Origin: the human T2T-CHM13v2.0 reference genome, Homo sapiens
Direction: 5' to 3' (one strand)
NCBI RefSeq assembly: GCF_009914755.1
Contig: NC_060932.1
DNA: 64,000 bases
The notes beneath the pieces were generated by a model. The model saw only the letters and a list, made by a program, of their open reading frames with translations. It did no database searches and was not told the DNA's origin. Made by a program: the position numbers and the translations under genes. Numbering within the stretch: position 1 is the first letter of the stretch; each line of letters opens with the position of its first letter. Positions 1 to 18,683 of this stretch are shown in pieces.

Positions 1-1377
1 GGCCTTTCATTTGAAACATTATACCTTCATCCTCATGTAGTCAAACATTATTTTCCCAGAAGTCAGTAAAAGTACAAATAAATTACTATGGAATTCATTT
101 TAAATTATAACAAGATAATTTATAGAATCTTTTAATTAAAAACCAAGAGACCAGTGCATGAGAATTTCTGGTTTCTCATACAGCATTCTGTCCTCACAAC
201 AAGAAAAAGTGGAACAAGCTGAAAAGCAGCAATTCTTTGTAGATTCTTATCAAAATGAATGTCACAGGGCAAACAGCTCCCCCAGAATGAGAGAGGCTGA
301 CACAGAGACTCACAACCCACTGAGCAGATGCCCAGGTACGGAAACCTCTGTGGGGACCTGTGCTGGGCTGGGGAAGCCTGACCCGTGGCTGACAAACCCA
401 GAAGCTCAACGTGGACAAACCTGAGGACTGAAAACTCTAGGGGGCCCAGTCTTAGGACGCCCCCAACACCTTGTGAGCTTTACCCCCAGGAACCCCCCCG
501 CCCCCCCCGCCAGGTTCTCAGGGTATAGATCAGAGAAAAATGCCCTTGTGTTTCCAGCAGGTGGGGGGAAAGTAGCCATTCTGAAATATGCCCAGAGCAT
601 CTGTTCACCTTAAAAAAAGGCCCTCAAGTAAAAGTATCCTACCAAAGCCTAACAGACAGACTTGGGGTTTGCCAGAGTCTGACATATCTAGGGGAAGGGA
701 AAGACCCTATGCCAGCCCCCTGTAGCCATCCTAAGGCAGGGGTGGGGAGGGGGGACTGGGAAGGATTTACAAAGATCAGACCTCAGGGCACAGGCTCACT
801 GAAAGACTGAGACCCAATCATAGGATAAGAGAAAGCTTCCCCTCCCCCCTACACCTTACCATTCCATCAATAGCACTTTTGTATTAAAAAAGAGGGAGGC
901 CGGGTATGGTGGCTCGCACCTGTAATCCCAGCACTTTGGGATGCCAAGGTGAGAGGATCGCTTGAGCACAGGACTTTTTAAAAAAGAGACCCAACAGCAT
1001 GCTGTTACCAGAAAAGCGCTTTAAATATAAAGACACTGATTAAAAGTAACACCATAGAGCAGTGTAAACCATGCTAACACTAATCCAAAGCAAGCTGCAG
1101 TCACTGCATTAACACCAGACAGGGCACCCTTCAGACAAGAAATCTCCTCCAGGACACAGAAGGACATGACATAATGATAAAGAGGCCAGTTCTCCACAAA
1201 GGCATGACAATGCTCAATGTGCCTGTGCCTAAAAACAGTGTCAAGTGACACGAAAACCAGCAGAACTACAAAGAAAGAGAAATCCACTGTGGCGGTTAGA
1301 GAGCTCAGCACCTGTCTACCAGTAACTGACAGATCCAGCCAGCAGAAAATCAGCAAGGACATAGCTGACCTCAACAG

Positions 1378-2240
1378 CACCACTGGTTACCTAGCTATAA
1401 TGAACACCTAACACCCTACTTCATCCAACTACAGTGGAACAGACATGCTTCCCAAGCTATACTCTGGGCTACGAAACACACCTTAAAAATGTAAAAGAAG
1501 CACCACTGGTTACCTAGCTATAATGCACACCTAACACCCTACTTCGTCCAACTGCAGCAGAACACACATGCTTCCCAAGCTACACTCTGGGCTATGAAAC
1601 ACACTTTAAAAATGTAAAAGAAGCACCACTGGTTACCTAGCTATAATGAACACCTAACACCCTACTTCATCCAACTACAGCAGAACACACATGCTTCCCA
1701 AGCTACACTCTGGGCTATGAAACACACTTTAAAAATGTAAAAGAAGCACCACTGGTTACCTAGCTATAATGCACACCTAACACCCTACTTCGTCCAACTG
1801 CAGCAGAACACACAGGCTTCCCAAGCTACACTCTGGGCTATGAAACACACCTTAACAGATGTAAAAGAAGCACCACTGGTTACCTAGCTATAATGCACAC
1901 CTAACACCCTACTTCGTCCAACTGCAGCAGAACACACATGCTTCCCAAGCTACACTCTGGGCTATGAAACACACTTTAAAAATGTAAAAGAAGCACCACT
2001 GGTTACCTAGCTATAATGAACACCTAACACCCTACTTCATCCAACTACAGCAGAACACACATGCTTCCCAAGCTACACTCTGGGCTATGAAACACACGCT
2101 AACAGATGTAAAAGAAGCACCACTGGTTACCTAGCTGTAATGAACACCTAACACCCTACTTCATCCAACTACAGCAGAACACACATGCTTCCCAAGCTAC
2201 ACTCTGGGCTATGAAACACACGCTAACAGATGTAAAAGAA
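1378..2240 (+). repeat. Minisatellite, 7 copies of a 123-124 bp unit derived from L1 ORF2
   Basis: Units begin caccactggttacctagct at 1378, 1501, 1624, 1747, 1871, 1994 and 2118. Confidence 0.95.
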
Positions 2241-4600
2241 TAGAGTCATACAATGTATGAACTCTCAATTCCACAACGGAGTTAAACTAGAAATCAGTAA
2301 CAGAAAGATAGCTGGAAAATCCCCAAACACATGGAGATTAAGCAATGCACTTCTAATACCACATGGATCTACAAAGAAGTCTCAAAAGAAATTTAAAAAT
2401 ATTTAAACTAAATGAAAATAACAACACAATATATGTAAATTTGTGAGATGCAGCAAAAGCAGTGCCTGGAAGAAATGCATAGCATTCAATGCCTGTATTA
2501 GAAAAGAATGATCCAAAAGCAATCATTTAGATATCCATCTTAGGAGGCAGTCAAATCCAAAGTAAGCACAGGAAATGAAATAATAAAAATTAGAGCAGAA
2601 ATCAATACAATTGAAAATAGGAAACAGAGAAAAATAATGTAATCAAAAGCCAGCGCTTTGAAAAGATCAATAAAATTGATAAGCCGCTAACCGTTCACTC
2701 TCCTGGAAAAGGGGCTGCAGCCAGGGAGCCAAGTGGTCTGGCTCGGTGGGTCCCACCCCCAAGGAGCCCAGCAAGCTAAGATCCACTGGCTTGAAATTCT
2801 TGCTGCCAGCACAGAAATCAACCTGAAATCAACCTGAAATGCTCAAGCTTGGTGCGGGCAGGGGTGCCCACCACTGCGAGGCTTGAGTAGGCAGTTTTAC
2901 CCTCACCGTGTAAACAAAGCCTCTGGGAAGTTCGAACTGGGCAATCCCACCGCAGCTCAGCAAGGCCACTGTGGCCAGACTGCCTCTCTAGACTCCGCCT
3001 CTCTGGGCAGGGCATCTCTGAAAAACAGGCAGCAGCCCCAGTCAGGGGCTTGTAGATAAAACCCCCATCTAACTGGGACAGAGCACCCAGGGAAAGGGGC
3101 GGCTGTGGGTGCAGCTTCAGCAGAATTAAACGCTCATGCCTGACGGCTGTGAAGACAACAGCAGATCTCCCAGCACAGCACTCAAGTCTCTGCTAAGGGT
3201 CAGACTGCCTCCTCAACTGGGTCCCTGACCCTGGTGTATCCTGACTGGGAGAAACCTCCCAGTAGGGGACAACAGACACCTCATACAGGAGAGCTCTGGC
3301 TGGCATCTGGTGGGTGCTCCTCTGGGATGAAGATTCCAAAGGAAGGAACAGGCAGCAATCTTTGCTGTTCTGCAGCCTCCGCTGGCGATACTCAGGCAAA
3401 CAGGGTCTGGAGTGGACCTCCAGCAAACTCCAGCAGACCTGCAGCAGAGGGGCCTGATGGTTAGAAGGAAAACTAACAAACAGAAAGCAATAGCATCAAC
3501 ATCAACAAAAAGGACATCCACACCAGAACCCCATCTGAAGGTCAACAGCATCAAAGACCAAAGGTAGAGAAATCCATGAAGATGGAAGAAACTGGCGCAA
3601 AAAGGCTGAAAATTCCAAAAGCCATAACGCCTCTTCTTCTCCAAAGGATCACAACTCCTCGCCAGCAAGGGAACAAAACTGGACAGAGAATAAGTTTGAT
3701 GAATTGACAGAAGTAGGCTTCAGAAGGTGGGTAACAAACTCCTCTGAGCTAAAGGAGCATGTTCTAACCCAAAGCAAGGAAGCTATGAACCTGGAAAAAA
3801 GGTTAGAGGAATTGCTAACTAGAATAACCAGTGTGGAGAAGAACATAAATGACCTGATGAAGCTGAAGACCACAGCATGAGAACTTCGTGAAGCATATAC
3901 AAGTATCAATAGCCGAATCGATCAAATGGAAGAGAGGATATCAGAGATTAAAGATCAACGAAATGAAATAAAGTGAGAAGACAAGATCACAGAAAAAAGA
4001 ATGAAAAGGAACAAACAAAGCCTCCAGGAAATATGGGACTACGTGAAAAGACCAAATCTAAGTTCGATTAGTGTACCTGAAAGTGACGGGGAGAATGGAA
4101 CCAAGTTGGGAAATACTCTTCAGGATATTATCCAGGAGAACTTCCCCAAACTAGCAAGACAGGCCAACATTCAAATTCAGGAAATACAGAGAACACGACA
4201 AAGATACTCCTGGAGAAGAGCAACCCCAAGACACATTAACATCAGATTCACCAAGGTTGAAATGAAGGAAAAAAATCTTAAGGGCAGCCAGAGAGAAAGG
4301 TCAGACTACCCACAAAGGGAAGCCCATCAGATTAACAGTGGATCTCTCTGCAGAAACCCTACAAGCCAGAAGAGAGTGGGGCCAATGTTCAACATTCTTA
4401 AAGAAAAGAATTTTCAACCAGAATTTCATATCCAGCCAAACTAAGTTTCATAAGCAAAGGATGAATAAAATCCTTTACAGACAAGCAAATGCTGAGAGAT
4501 ATTGTCATCACCAGGCCTGCCTTACAAGAGCTCCTGAAGGAAGCACTAAACATGGAAAGGAACCACCAGTACCAGCCATTGCAGAAACATACCAAATTGT

Positions 4601-4898
4601 GGCCAGGTGCAGTGGCTGACACCTGTAATGCCAGCACTTTGGAAGGCTGAGACAGGCAGAACACGAGGTCAGGAGATCGAGACCAACCTGGCTAACACAG
4701 TGAAACCCCATCTCTACTAAAAATACAAAAAAATTAACCGGGCATGGTGGCAGGCGTCTGTAGTCCCAGCTTCTTGGTAGGGTCAGGCAGGACAATGGCG
4801 TGAACCCAGGAGGTGGAGCTTTCAGTGAGCCGAGACTGCAGCACTGCACTCCAGCCTGGGCAACAGAGCAAGACTCCATCTCAAAAAAAAAAAAAAAA
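4601..4898 (+). mobile_element. Alu within L1 ORF1 end
   Basis: Full dimer, poly(A), TSD aaattgt. Confidence 0.92.
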
Positions 4899-5696
4899 TT
4901 GTAAAGACCATCAACACTACAAAGAAACTGCATAAACTAATGAGCAAAATAACCAGCTAGCATCATAATGACAGGATCAAATTCACACATAACAATATTA
5001 ACCTTAAACGTAAATGGACTGAATGCCCCAATTAAAAGACACAGACTGGCAAATTGGATAAAGAGTCAAGACCCATCAGTGTGCTGTATTCAGGAGACCC
5101 ATCTCATGTGCAAAGACACACATAGGCTCAAAATAAACAGATGGAGGAATATTAACGAAGAAAATGGAAAGCAAAAAAAGGCAGGGGTTGCAATCCTAGT
5201 CTCTGATAAAACAGACTTTAAACCAACAGAGATGAAAAGAGACAAAGAAAGGTATTACATAATGGTAAAGGGATCAATTCACCAAGAGCTAACTATCCTA
5301 AATATATAAGCACCCAATACAGGAGCACGCAGATTCATAAAGCAAGTTCTTAGAGACCTACAAAGAGACTTAAAATCTCCCATATTATTGTGTGGGAGTC
5401 TAACACTCCACTGTCAATATCAGACAGATCAATGAGACGGAAAATTAACTAGGATATTCAGGACCTGAACTCAGATCTGGACCAAGCAGACCTAATAGAC
5501 ATCTACAGAACTCTCCACCCCAAATCAATAGAATACACATTCTTGTCAGCATCTCATTATGCTTATTCTAAAATTAACCACATAATTGGAAGTAAAACAC
5601 TCCTCAGCAAATGCAAAAGGATGGAAGTCATAACAAACGGCCTCTCTGACCACAATGCAATCAAATTAGAACTCAGGATTAAGAAACTCACTCAAT

Positions 5697-6019
<323 letters not shown>

Positions 6020-6194
6020 GGACTCACTCAAAACTGCACCACACAACTACATGGAAACTGGACAACCTGCTCCTGAAAGACTACTTGGTAAATAACAAAA
6101 TTAAGGCAGAAATAAAGATGTTCCTTGAAACCAATGAGAACAAAGACAACGTACCAGAATCTATGGGACATATTTCAGGCAGTGTTTAGAGGTA

Positions 6195-6501
6195 CTTTTT
6201 TTTTTTTTTTTTTTTGAGGCAGAGTCTTGCTCTGTCGCCTCCATGCAGGAGTTCAGCAGTACGATCCCAGCTCACACTGCAAGTTCTGCCTCCCAAGTTC
6301 ACGCCATTTTCCTGCCTCAGCTTCCCGAGTAGCTGGGACTACAGGCGCCTACCACCATGCCCAGCTAATTTTTTTGTATTTTTAGTAGAGACAGGGTTTC
6401 ACCATGTTAGCCAGGATGGTCTCAATCTCCTGAACTCGTGATCTGCCCACTTTGGCCTCCCAAAGTACCAGGATTACAGGCGTGAGACACTGTGCCCTGC
6501 C
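6195..6501 (-). mobile_element. Alu
   Basis: Poly(T) followed by antisense Alu. Confidence 0.9.
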
Positions 6502-7138
6502 TAGAGGGAAATTTGTAGCACTAAATGCCCACAAGAGAAAGCAGCAAAGATCTAAAATTGACACCCTAACATCACAATTAAAAGAACTAGAGAAGCAAGA
6601 GCAAACAAATTCAAAAGCTAGCAGGGACAAGAAATAACTAAGATCAGAGCAGAACTGAAAGAGATAGAGACACGAAAACGCCTTCAAAAAAATGAATCCA
6701 GGAGCTGGTTTTTTGAAAAGATCAACAAAATAGATAGACTGCTAGCAAGACTAATAAAGAAGAGAAAAGAATCAAATAGACAGAATAAAAAATGATAAAG
6801 GGGATATCACCACTGATACCACAGAAATACAAACTAACATCAGAGAATACTATAAACACCTCTATGCAAATAAACTAGAAAATCTACAAGAAATGGATAA
6901 ATTCTGGGACACATACACTCTCCCAAGTCTAAACCAGGAAGAAGTCAAATCCCTGAATAGACCAATAACAAGTTCTGAAATTGAGGCAATAATTAATAGC
7001 CTTCCAACCAAAAGAAGTCGAGGACCAGAAAGATTCACAGCCGAATTCTACCAGAGGTACAAAGAGGAGCAGGTACTATTCCTTCTGAAACTATTCAAAA
7101 CAATAGAAAAAGAGGGAATCCTCCCTAACTCATTTTAA

Positions 7139-7249
<111 letters not shown>

Positions 7250-7267
7250 TGAAACCTAATCCAGTAG

Positions 7268-7375
<108 letters not shown>

Positions 7376-7578
7376 TGACAAAAAACACATGATCAGCTCA
7401 ATAGATGCAGAAAAGGCCTTCAACAAAATTCCACAGCGCTTCATGCTAGAAACTCTCAATAAACTAGGTATTGATGGAATGTATTTCAAAATAATAAGAG
7501 CTTTTTATGACAAACCCACAGCCAATATCATACTGAATGACCAAAAACTGTAAGCATTCCCTTTGAAAACCAGCACAA

Positions 7579-11680
<4,102 letters not shown>

Positions 11681-11765
11681 GAAAACCAGCACAAAATAAG
11701 GCTTCCTTCTCTAACCACTCCTATTCAACATAGTATTGGAAGTTCTGACCAGGGCAATCACGTAA

Positions 11766-11906
<141 letters not shown>

Positions 11907-13750
11907 TAAGGATACAAAATCCATATTCAAAAATCACAAGCATTCCTATACACCAATAACAGACAAACGACAGCCAAATCATGAGTGACCTCTCACTCAC
12001 GATTGCTACCAAGAGAATAAAATACCTAGGAATCCAACTTACAAGGGATGTGAAGGACCTCTTCAAGAAGAACTACAAACCACTGCTCAAGAAAATGAGA
12101 GAGGACACAAATAAATGGAACAACATTCCATGCTCATGGATAGCAGGAATCAATATCGGGAAAATGGCCATACTGCCCAAGGTAATTTACAGATTCAATG
12201 CTATGGCCATCAAGCTACCATTGACTTTCTTCACAGAATTGGAAAAAACTACTTTAAATGTCATATGGAACCAAAAAGGAGCCCACATAGCCAAGACAAT
12301 CACAAGCAAAAAGAACAAAGCTGGAGGCATCACACTACCTGACTTCAAACTATACTACAAGGCTACAGTAACCAAAAGAGCATGGTACTGGTACCAAAAC
12401 AGATATAGACAAATGGAACAGAACAGAGCCCTCAGAAATAACACCACACATCTAAAACCATCTGATCTTTGACAAACTTGACAAAAACAAGAAATGGGGA
12501 AAGGATTCTCTAATTAATAAATAGTACTAGGAAAACTACCTAGTCATATGCACAAAACTGAAACTGGACCCCTTCCTTACACTTTATACAAAAATTAACT
12601 CAAGATGGATTAACGACTTAAATGTAAAACCTAAAACCATAAAAACCCTAGAAGAAAACCTAGGCAACACCACTCAGGACATAGGCATGGGCAAAAATTT
12701 TTGGTGAATAAAACACCAAAAGCAAGGGCAACTAAAGCCAAAATTAACAAATGGGATCTAATTAAACTAAAGAGCTTCTGCACAGCAAAAGAACCTATCA
12801 TCAGAGTGAACAGGCAACCTACAGAATGGCAGAAAATTTTTGCATTCTATCCATATGACAAAGGGCTAATATCCAGAATCTACAAAGAACTATAACAAAT
12901 TTACAAGAAAAAAACAAACCACTCCAACAACAGGTGGGAGATATGAACAGATACTTCTCAAAAGAAGACATTTATGCGGCCAAAAAACATTGAAAAAAAG
13001 CTCACCATCACTGATCACTAGAGAAATGCAAATCAAAACCACAATGAGGTACCATCTCACGCCAGTTAGAACGGTGATCATTAAAAAGGCAGGAAACAGA
13101 TGTCAGAGATGATGTGGAGAAATAGGAATGCTTTTACACTGTTGGTGGGAGTATAAATTAGTTCAACCATTGTGGAAGATACTGTAGCAATTCCTCAAGG
13201 ATCTAGAAGCAGAAATAGCATTTGACCCAGCAATCCCATTACTGGGTATACACACAAAGGATTATACATCTTTCTACTATAAAGGTGCATTCACACGTAT
13301 GTTTATTGCGGCGCTATTCACAATAACGAAGACTTGGAACTAACCAAAATGCCCACAAATGATAGACTGGATAAAGAAAATGTGATACATATACACCATG
13401 GAATAATATGCAACCATAAAAAAGGATGAGTTAATGTCATTTGCAGGGACAGGGATGAAGCTGGACACCATCATTCTCAGCAACTAACACAAGAACAGAA
13501 AACCAAACACCTCATGTTCTTACTCATGAGTGGGAGATGAACAATGAGAACACATGGACACAGGGAGGGGAACATCACACATCAGGGCCTGTCGGTGGGT
13601 GGGGGCTAGAGGAGAGATAGCATTAGGAGAAACACCTAATGTAGATGATGGGTTGATGGATGCAGAAACCACTATGGCACATGTATACCTATGTAACAAA
13701 ACTGCACGTTCTGCTCATGTGCCCCAGAACTTAAAGTATAATCTAAAAAA

Positions 13751-13905
13751 ATTAGCCTGGTGTAGTAGCAAGCACCTGATTCTGGTGCATGCACCTGATA
13801 TAGTAGCTGCAGTCCCAGCTACTAGGTCAAGGCTGCAGTGAACCCCGATTGCACCCCTGCATTCCAGCCTGGGTGATTGAGAGAGAACCTGTTTCAAAAA
13901 AAAAA
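13751..13905 (+). mobile_element. Alu right monomer fused to the L1PA7 3' end
   Basis: attagcctgg...gtcccagctact...ccagcctgggtga...caaaaaaa. Confidence 0.8.
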
Positions 13906-14568
13906 TGAATTGTATAAACAACTAATGTCTATAAACTTGATAACGTAGACGAAATGAACCAATTCCTAGGAAGATACAATCCAACAAAACACACCTAAGT
14001 GGAAATATGTATTCTGAATAGGACTGTATTTATTAAAGAAATTAAATAACCTTCTTCCCAAACAGAAAGCACCCATCCCAGATGAGGTCACTGTTGAGTT
14101 CCACCAAACTCACCAGTAACTATAAGAATCACACCAATTCTCCATAATGTCTTTTAGAAAATAGAAGCAGAGGTACTACTTCCTAACTCATTCTGAGGCC
14201 AGGATTCCCCTAAAACCAAAGCCAAACAAAGATATTAAAAGAAAGGAATTCTAAAATCAGTATGTCTCAGGAACATAGATGCAAAATCCTCAAAAAAAGA
14301 AAAACCCAAAAATAACAAATCAAGCGCAACGATATGTAAAAAGAATTGTATACCACAACCAAGAGGGATTTATCCCCAGTACACAAGACTGTTATAAACA
14401 TTTGAAAATCAATTAATGTAATCACCACATCAACAGGCTAAAGAAAAAAATCATAAATTTTATCAGTAGATACAGAAAAAGCATTTGGCAGAACCCAACA
14501 CCATTCACAGTGAAGAGTCTCAGCAAACTCGGAATAAAGGGTACTTTCTCAACTTGATAAAGAACATC

Positions 14569-14911
<343 letters not shown>

Positions 14912-15676
14912 CTATTTAATTATGAGAAACTGGAAGGCTCCCCAGTAGGATCAGGAACAGGGCAGGAACATCCCTCTCACCACTACTGTTCATCATCACA
15001 CTGAAGATCCCAGCTAACACAATAAAGCAAGGAAAGGAAAGACGAGGCACACGCATTGGGAAGAGATTAAAAATCTGTCTTTGTTTACAGATGACAATTG
15101 TCTGTAGAAAATACCAAAGAAACAACAACAACAAAAAAACACTCATGGAACCAAAAGCAATTACAGCTAGGTTGCAGGATAAAAAGTTAATATGAAAAAT
15201 CAATTGCTTTCTTACATAGAAGCCATTAACAATTGGAATCTGAAATTTCAAAACATCTTTAATGCAACTGCAATAAAAATCCCAGCAAGTTACCTTGTGA
15301 CTGTTGACAAACGGATTCTAAAGTTTATATGGAGAGGCAAAGACCCAGAACAGCCAACAAAATAGGGAGGGAGGAAAACAAAGTCAGAGGAGTGACACTT
15401 CCCACCTTCGAGTCTGACTCTAACACCACAGCAATCAGGATGGTGTGTGATTTGCTAAATAACAGACCAGATCAATGAAACAGAATTGAGAACCCAGAAA
15501 CAGACCCACATGAATGTAGTCAACTGATCTTTGACAAAGGAACAAATGCAAGTCAGTGCTGAAAAGATCGTTTTTTAAACAAATAGTGCTAGAACAGCTG
15601 GACAGCCACAGACAAAAAAAAAGAATCTAGATTTAGACTTTAGACCTTTCACAAAGTCTTATTAACAATGGATCAT

Positions 15677-15970
15677 GGCCTGGCTGGCACAGTGGTTCAC
15701 TCCTGTAATGCCAGCACTTTGGGAGTTTGAGGTGGGAGAATCACTTGAGCCCAGGAATGTGAGACCAGCTTGGGCAACATAGAGACACCCTGACTCTACA
15801 AAAAATAAATACAATTAGCCAGGTGTGGTGGCGGCACCTATAGTCCCAGCTACTTGGGAGGCTGAAGCAGGAGGATCGCTTGAGCCCAGGAGGTCGATGC
15901 TACAGTGAGCCAAGATCACACCACTGTACTCCAGCATGGATGACAAAGCAAGACCCTGTCTCAAAAAAAT
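15677..15970 (+). mobile_element. Alu (J-like)
   Basis: ttgagcccagga in both arms. Confidence 0.88.
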
Positions 15971-16346
15971 AAAAAGTAAAAATATAGAAAATTTTAAAAT
16001 AAAAAATAGATCATAGACCTAAATGTAAAATGCAAAGCTATAAAACTTCCAGAAGATAACATAGGAGAACATCTAGGTGACCTCTAGTTTGGTGGTGATC
16101 TTTTAGATACAACATCAAAGGCATGATCCATTAACGAAAGGATTGATAAGTTCGAATTCATTAAAATTTTAAAACCCATCTATTCATTTGAAAGACTGTG
16201 TTCAGAAAATGAATTGACAAACCACAGACTGGGAGAAAATATTTGCAAAACATTTATCTAATAAAAGACTGGCATCCAAAATATACAAACAGCTCTTAAA
16301 ACTCAACAGTAAGAAAACAAATAACCGAATTTAAAAATTGGCAAAG

Positions 16347-16667
<321 letters not shown>

Positions 16668-16934
16668 CTAAGGAGACGCCTCATCAAGAAAATATCCAGA
16701 AGGCAAATAAGGCATATAAAAGGACATCACATGCCATCAAGGAAATGCAAATTAAAACCACAGTGAGACACCACCACACACCTATGAGCATGTCTGCTAT
16801 TCAAAACACTGACAACTCCAAACACCAATAAGGATGCAGAGTAACAGGTGCCCTCGTTTGCTGCTGGTGGGAATGCAAAATGGTGCAGGCACTTTGGAAG
16901 ACAGTTTGGCAGTGTCTCATAAACATAAATATTA

Positions 16935-17229
16935 TACTGAAGCTATTAAAATGCAGAGTATGAAGACCTAAATTTTGATCCCTATCTAATTCCCACAGCA
17001 GACCTTAAACCAGGAGAACTACCACTCCTTGAAGTTGGTAACTGGGTAGTCTTACCTGTTGAAATGTCTATCCACATATCAGTCTCATCTGGAGACGTAC
17101 TGCCCTCCTGAGCTCCCCCATCTCTAGGCCTAAAAACGGATTCAGATCCAGGACTTTTAGATAGAGCAGCTCTCACATCGGCACAACCCGGCCTGGAGCA
17201 CGGACAGTGCTTAGACATTTCTAGTTGAA
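16935..17229 (+). pseudogene. NUMT: mitochondrial COX2 (MT-CO2) fragment, about residues 105-200
   Basis: Read in frame with TGA=W and ATA=M: [94 protein letters not shown]. Colinear with COX2 YW(S/T)YEYTDY...DVLHSWAVP.LGLKTDAIPGRLNQ...GQCSEI. Confidence 0.92.
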
Positions 17230-17382
17230 CTTTCCATTCAACCCAGGAATTGTGCTCCTTGGTGTCTACACAAAGGAGTTAAAAACTTGTGTCCACACAA
17301 ACACCTGCATAGAAATGTTTACATTCATAATTGCCAAAACCTGGAAGCAGCCAGGATGTCTTTCTGTGGGTGAATGAATCGT

Positions 17383-18683
17383 GATGCCACATCTACAACC
17401 ATCTGATCTTCAACAAACCTGACAAAAACAAGCAATGGGGAAACGATTCCCTATTTAATAAATGGTGCTGGGAAAACTGGCTAGCCATATGCAGCAAACA
17501 AACTGGAACCATTCCTTGCACCTTATACAAAAATTAACTCAAGATGGATTAAAGACTTAAATGTAAAACCTAAAACCATAAAAACCCGAGAAGAAAACCT
17601 AGGCAATACGATTCAGGACATAGGCATGGGCAAAGACTTTGTGAATAAAACACCAAAAGTAATGGCAACAAAAGCCAAAATTGACAAATGGGATCTAATT
17701 AAACTAAAGAGCTTCTGCACAGCAAAAGAACCTATCATTAGAGTGAACAGGCAACGTACAGAATGGCAGAAAATTTTTGCAATCTATCCATCTGACAAAA
17801 GGCTAATATCTAGAATCTGCAAGGAACTTAAATTTATAAGGAAAAAAAAACCTCATCGAAAAGTGGGCGAAGTATATGAACAGACACTTCCCAAAAGAAG
17901 ACATTTATGCAGCCAACAAACATATGAAAAAAAGCTCATCATCATTGGTCATTAAAGAAATGCAAATCAAAACCACAATGAGATACCATTTCATGCCAGT
18001 TAGACTGATGATTATTAAAAAATCAGGGAACAACAGATGCTGGAGAGGATGTGGAGAAATAGGAACGCTTTTACACTGTTGATGGGAGTGTAAATTAGTT
18101 CAAGCATTTTGGAAGACAGTGTGGCAATTCCTCAAGGATCTAGAACCAGAAATAGCATTTGACCCAGCAATCACATTACCAGGTATATACACAAAGGATT
18201 ATAAATCATTCTGCTATAAAGATACATACATACATATGTTTATTGCAGTACTATCCACAATAGCAAAGACTTGGAACCAACCCAAATGCCCATCATTGAC
18301 AGACTGTATAAAGAAAATGTGGCACATATATGCCATGGAATACTATGCAACCATAAAAAAGAATGAGTTCATGTCCTTTGCAGGGACACGGATGAAGCTG
18401 GAAACCATTCTCAGCAAACTAACACAGGAACAGAAAACGAAACATTGCATGTTCTCACTCATAAGTGGGAGTTGAACAATGAGAACGCATGGACACAGGA
18501 AGGGGAACATCACACACTGGGGCCTGTTGGTGGGTGCGGAGGGAGAGCATTAGGACAAATACCTAAGGCATGTGGGGCTTAAAACCTAGATGACGGGTTG
18601 ATAGGTGCAGCAACCACCATGGCACATGTACACCTATGTAACAAACCTGCCTGTTCCGCACACATATCCCAGAACTTAAAAAT
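17383..18683 (+). mobile_element. 5'-truncated L1PA8-like 3' fragment
   Basis: ORF2 C-terminus ([14 protein letters not shown]) and 3'UTR with cttaaaacctagatgacgggttgatagg. Confidence 0.85.

Noticed and set aside
1378-2240. Regular array as a possible CRISPR-like locus
   Set aside because: Whole units repeat with no unique spacers; the unit is L1-derived, the context is human, and no cas genes are present.
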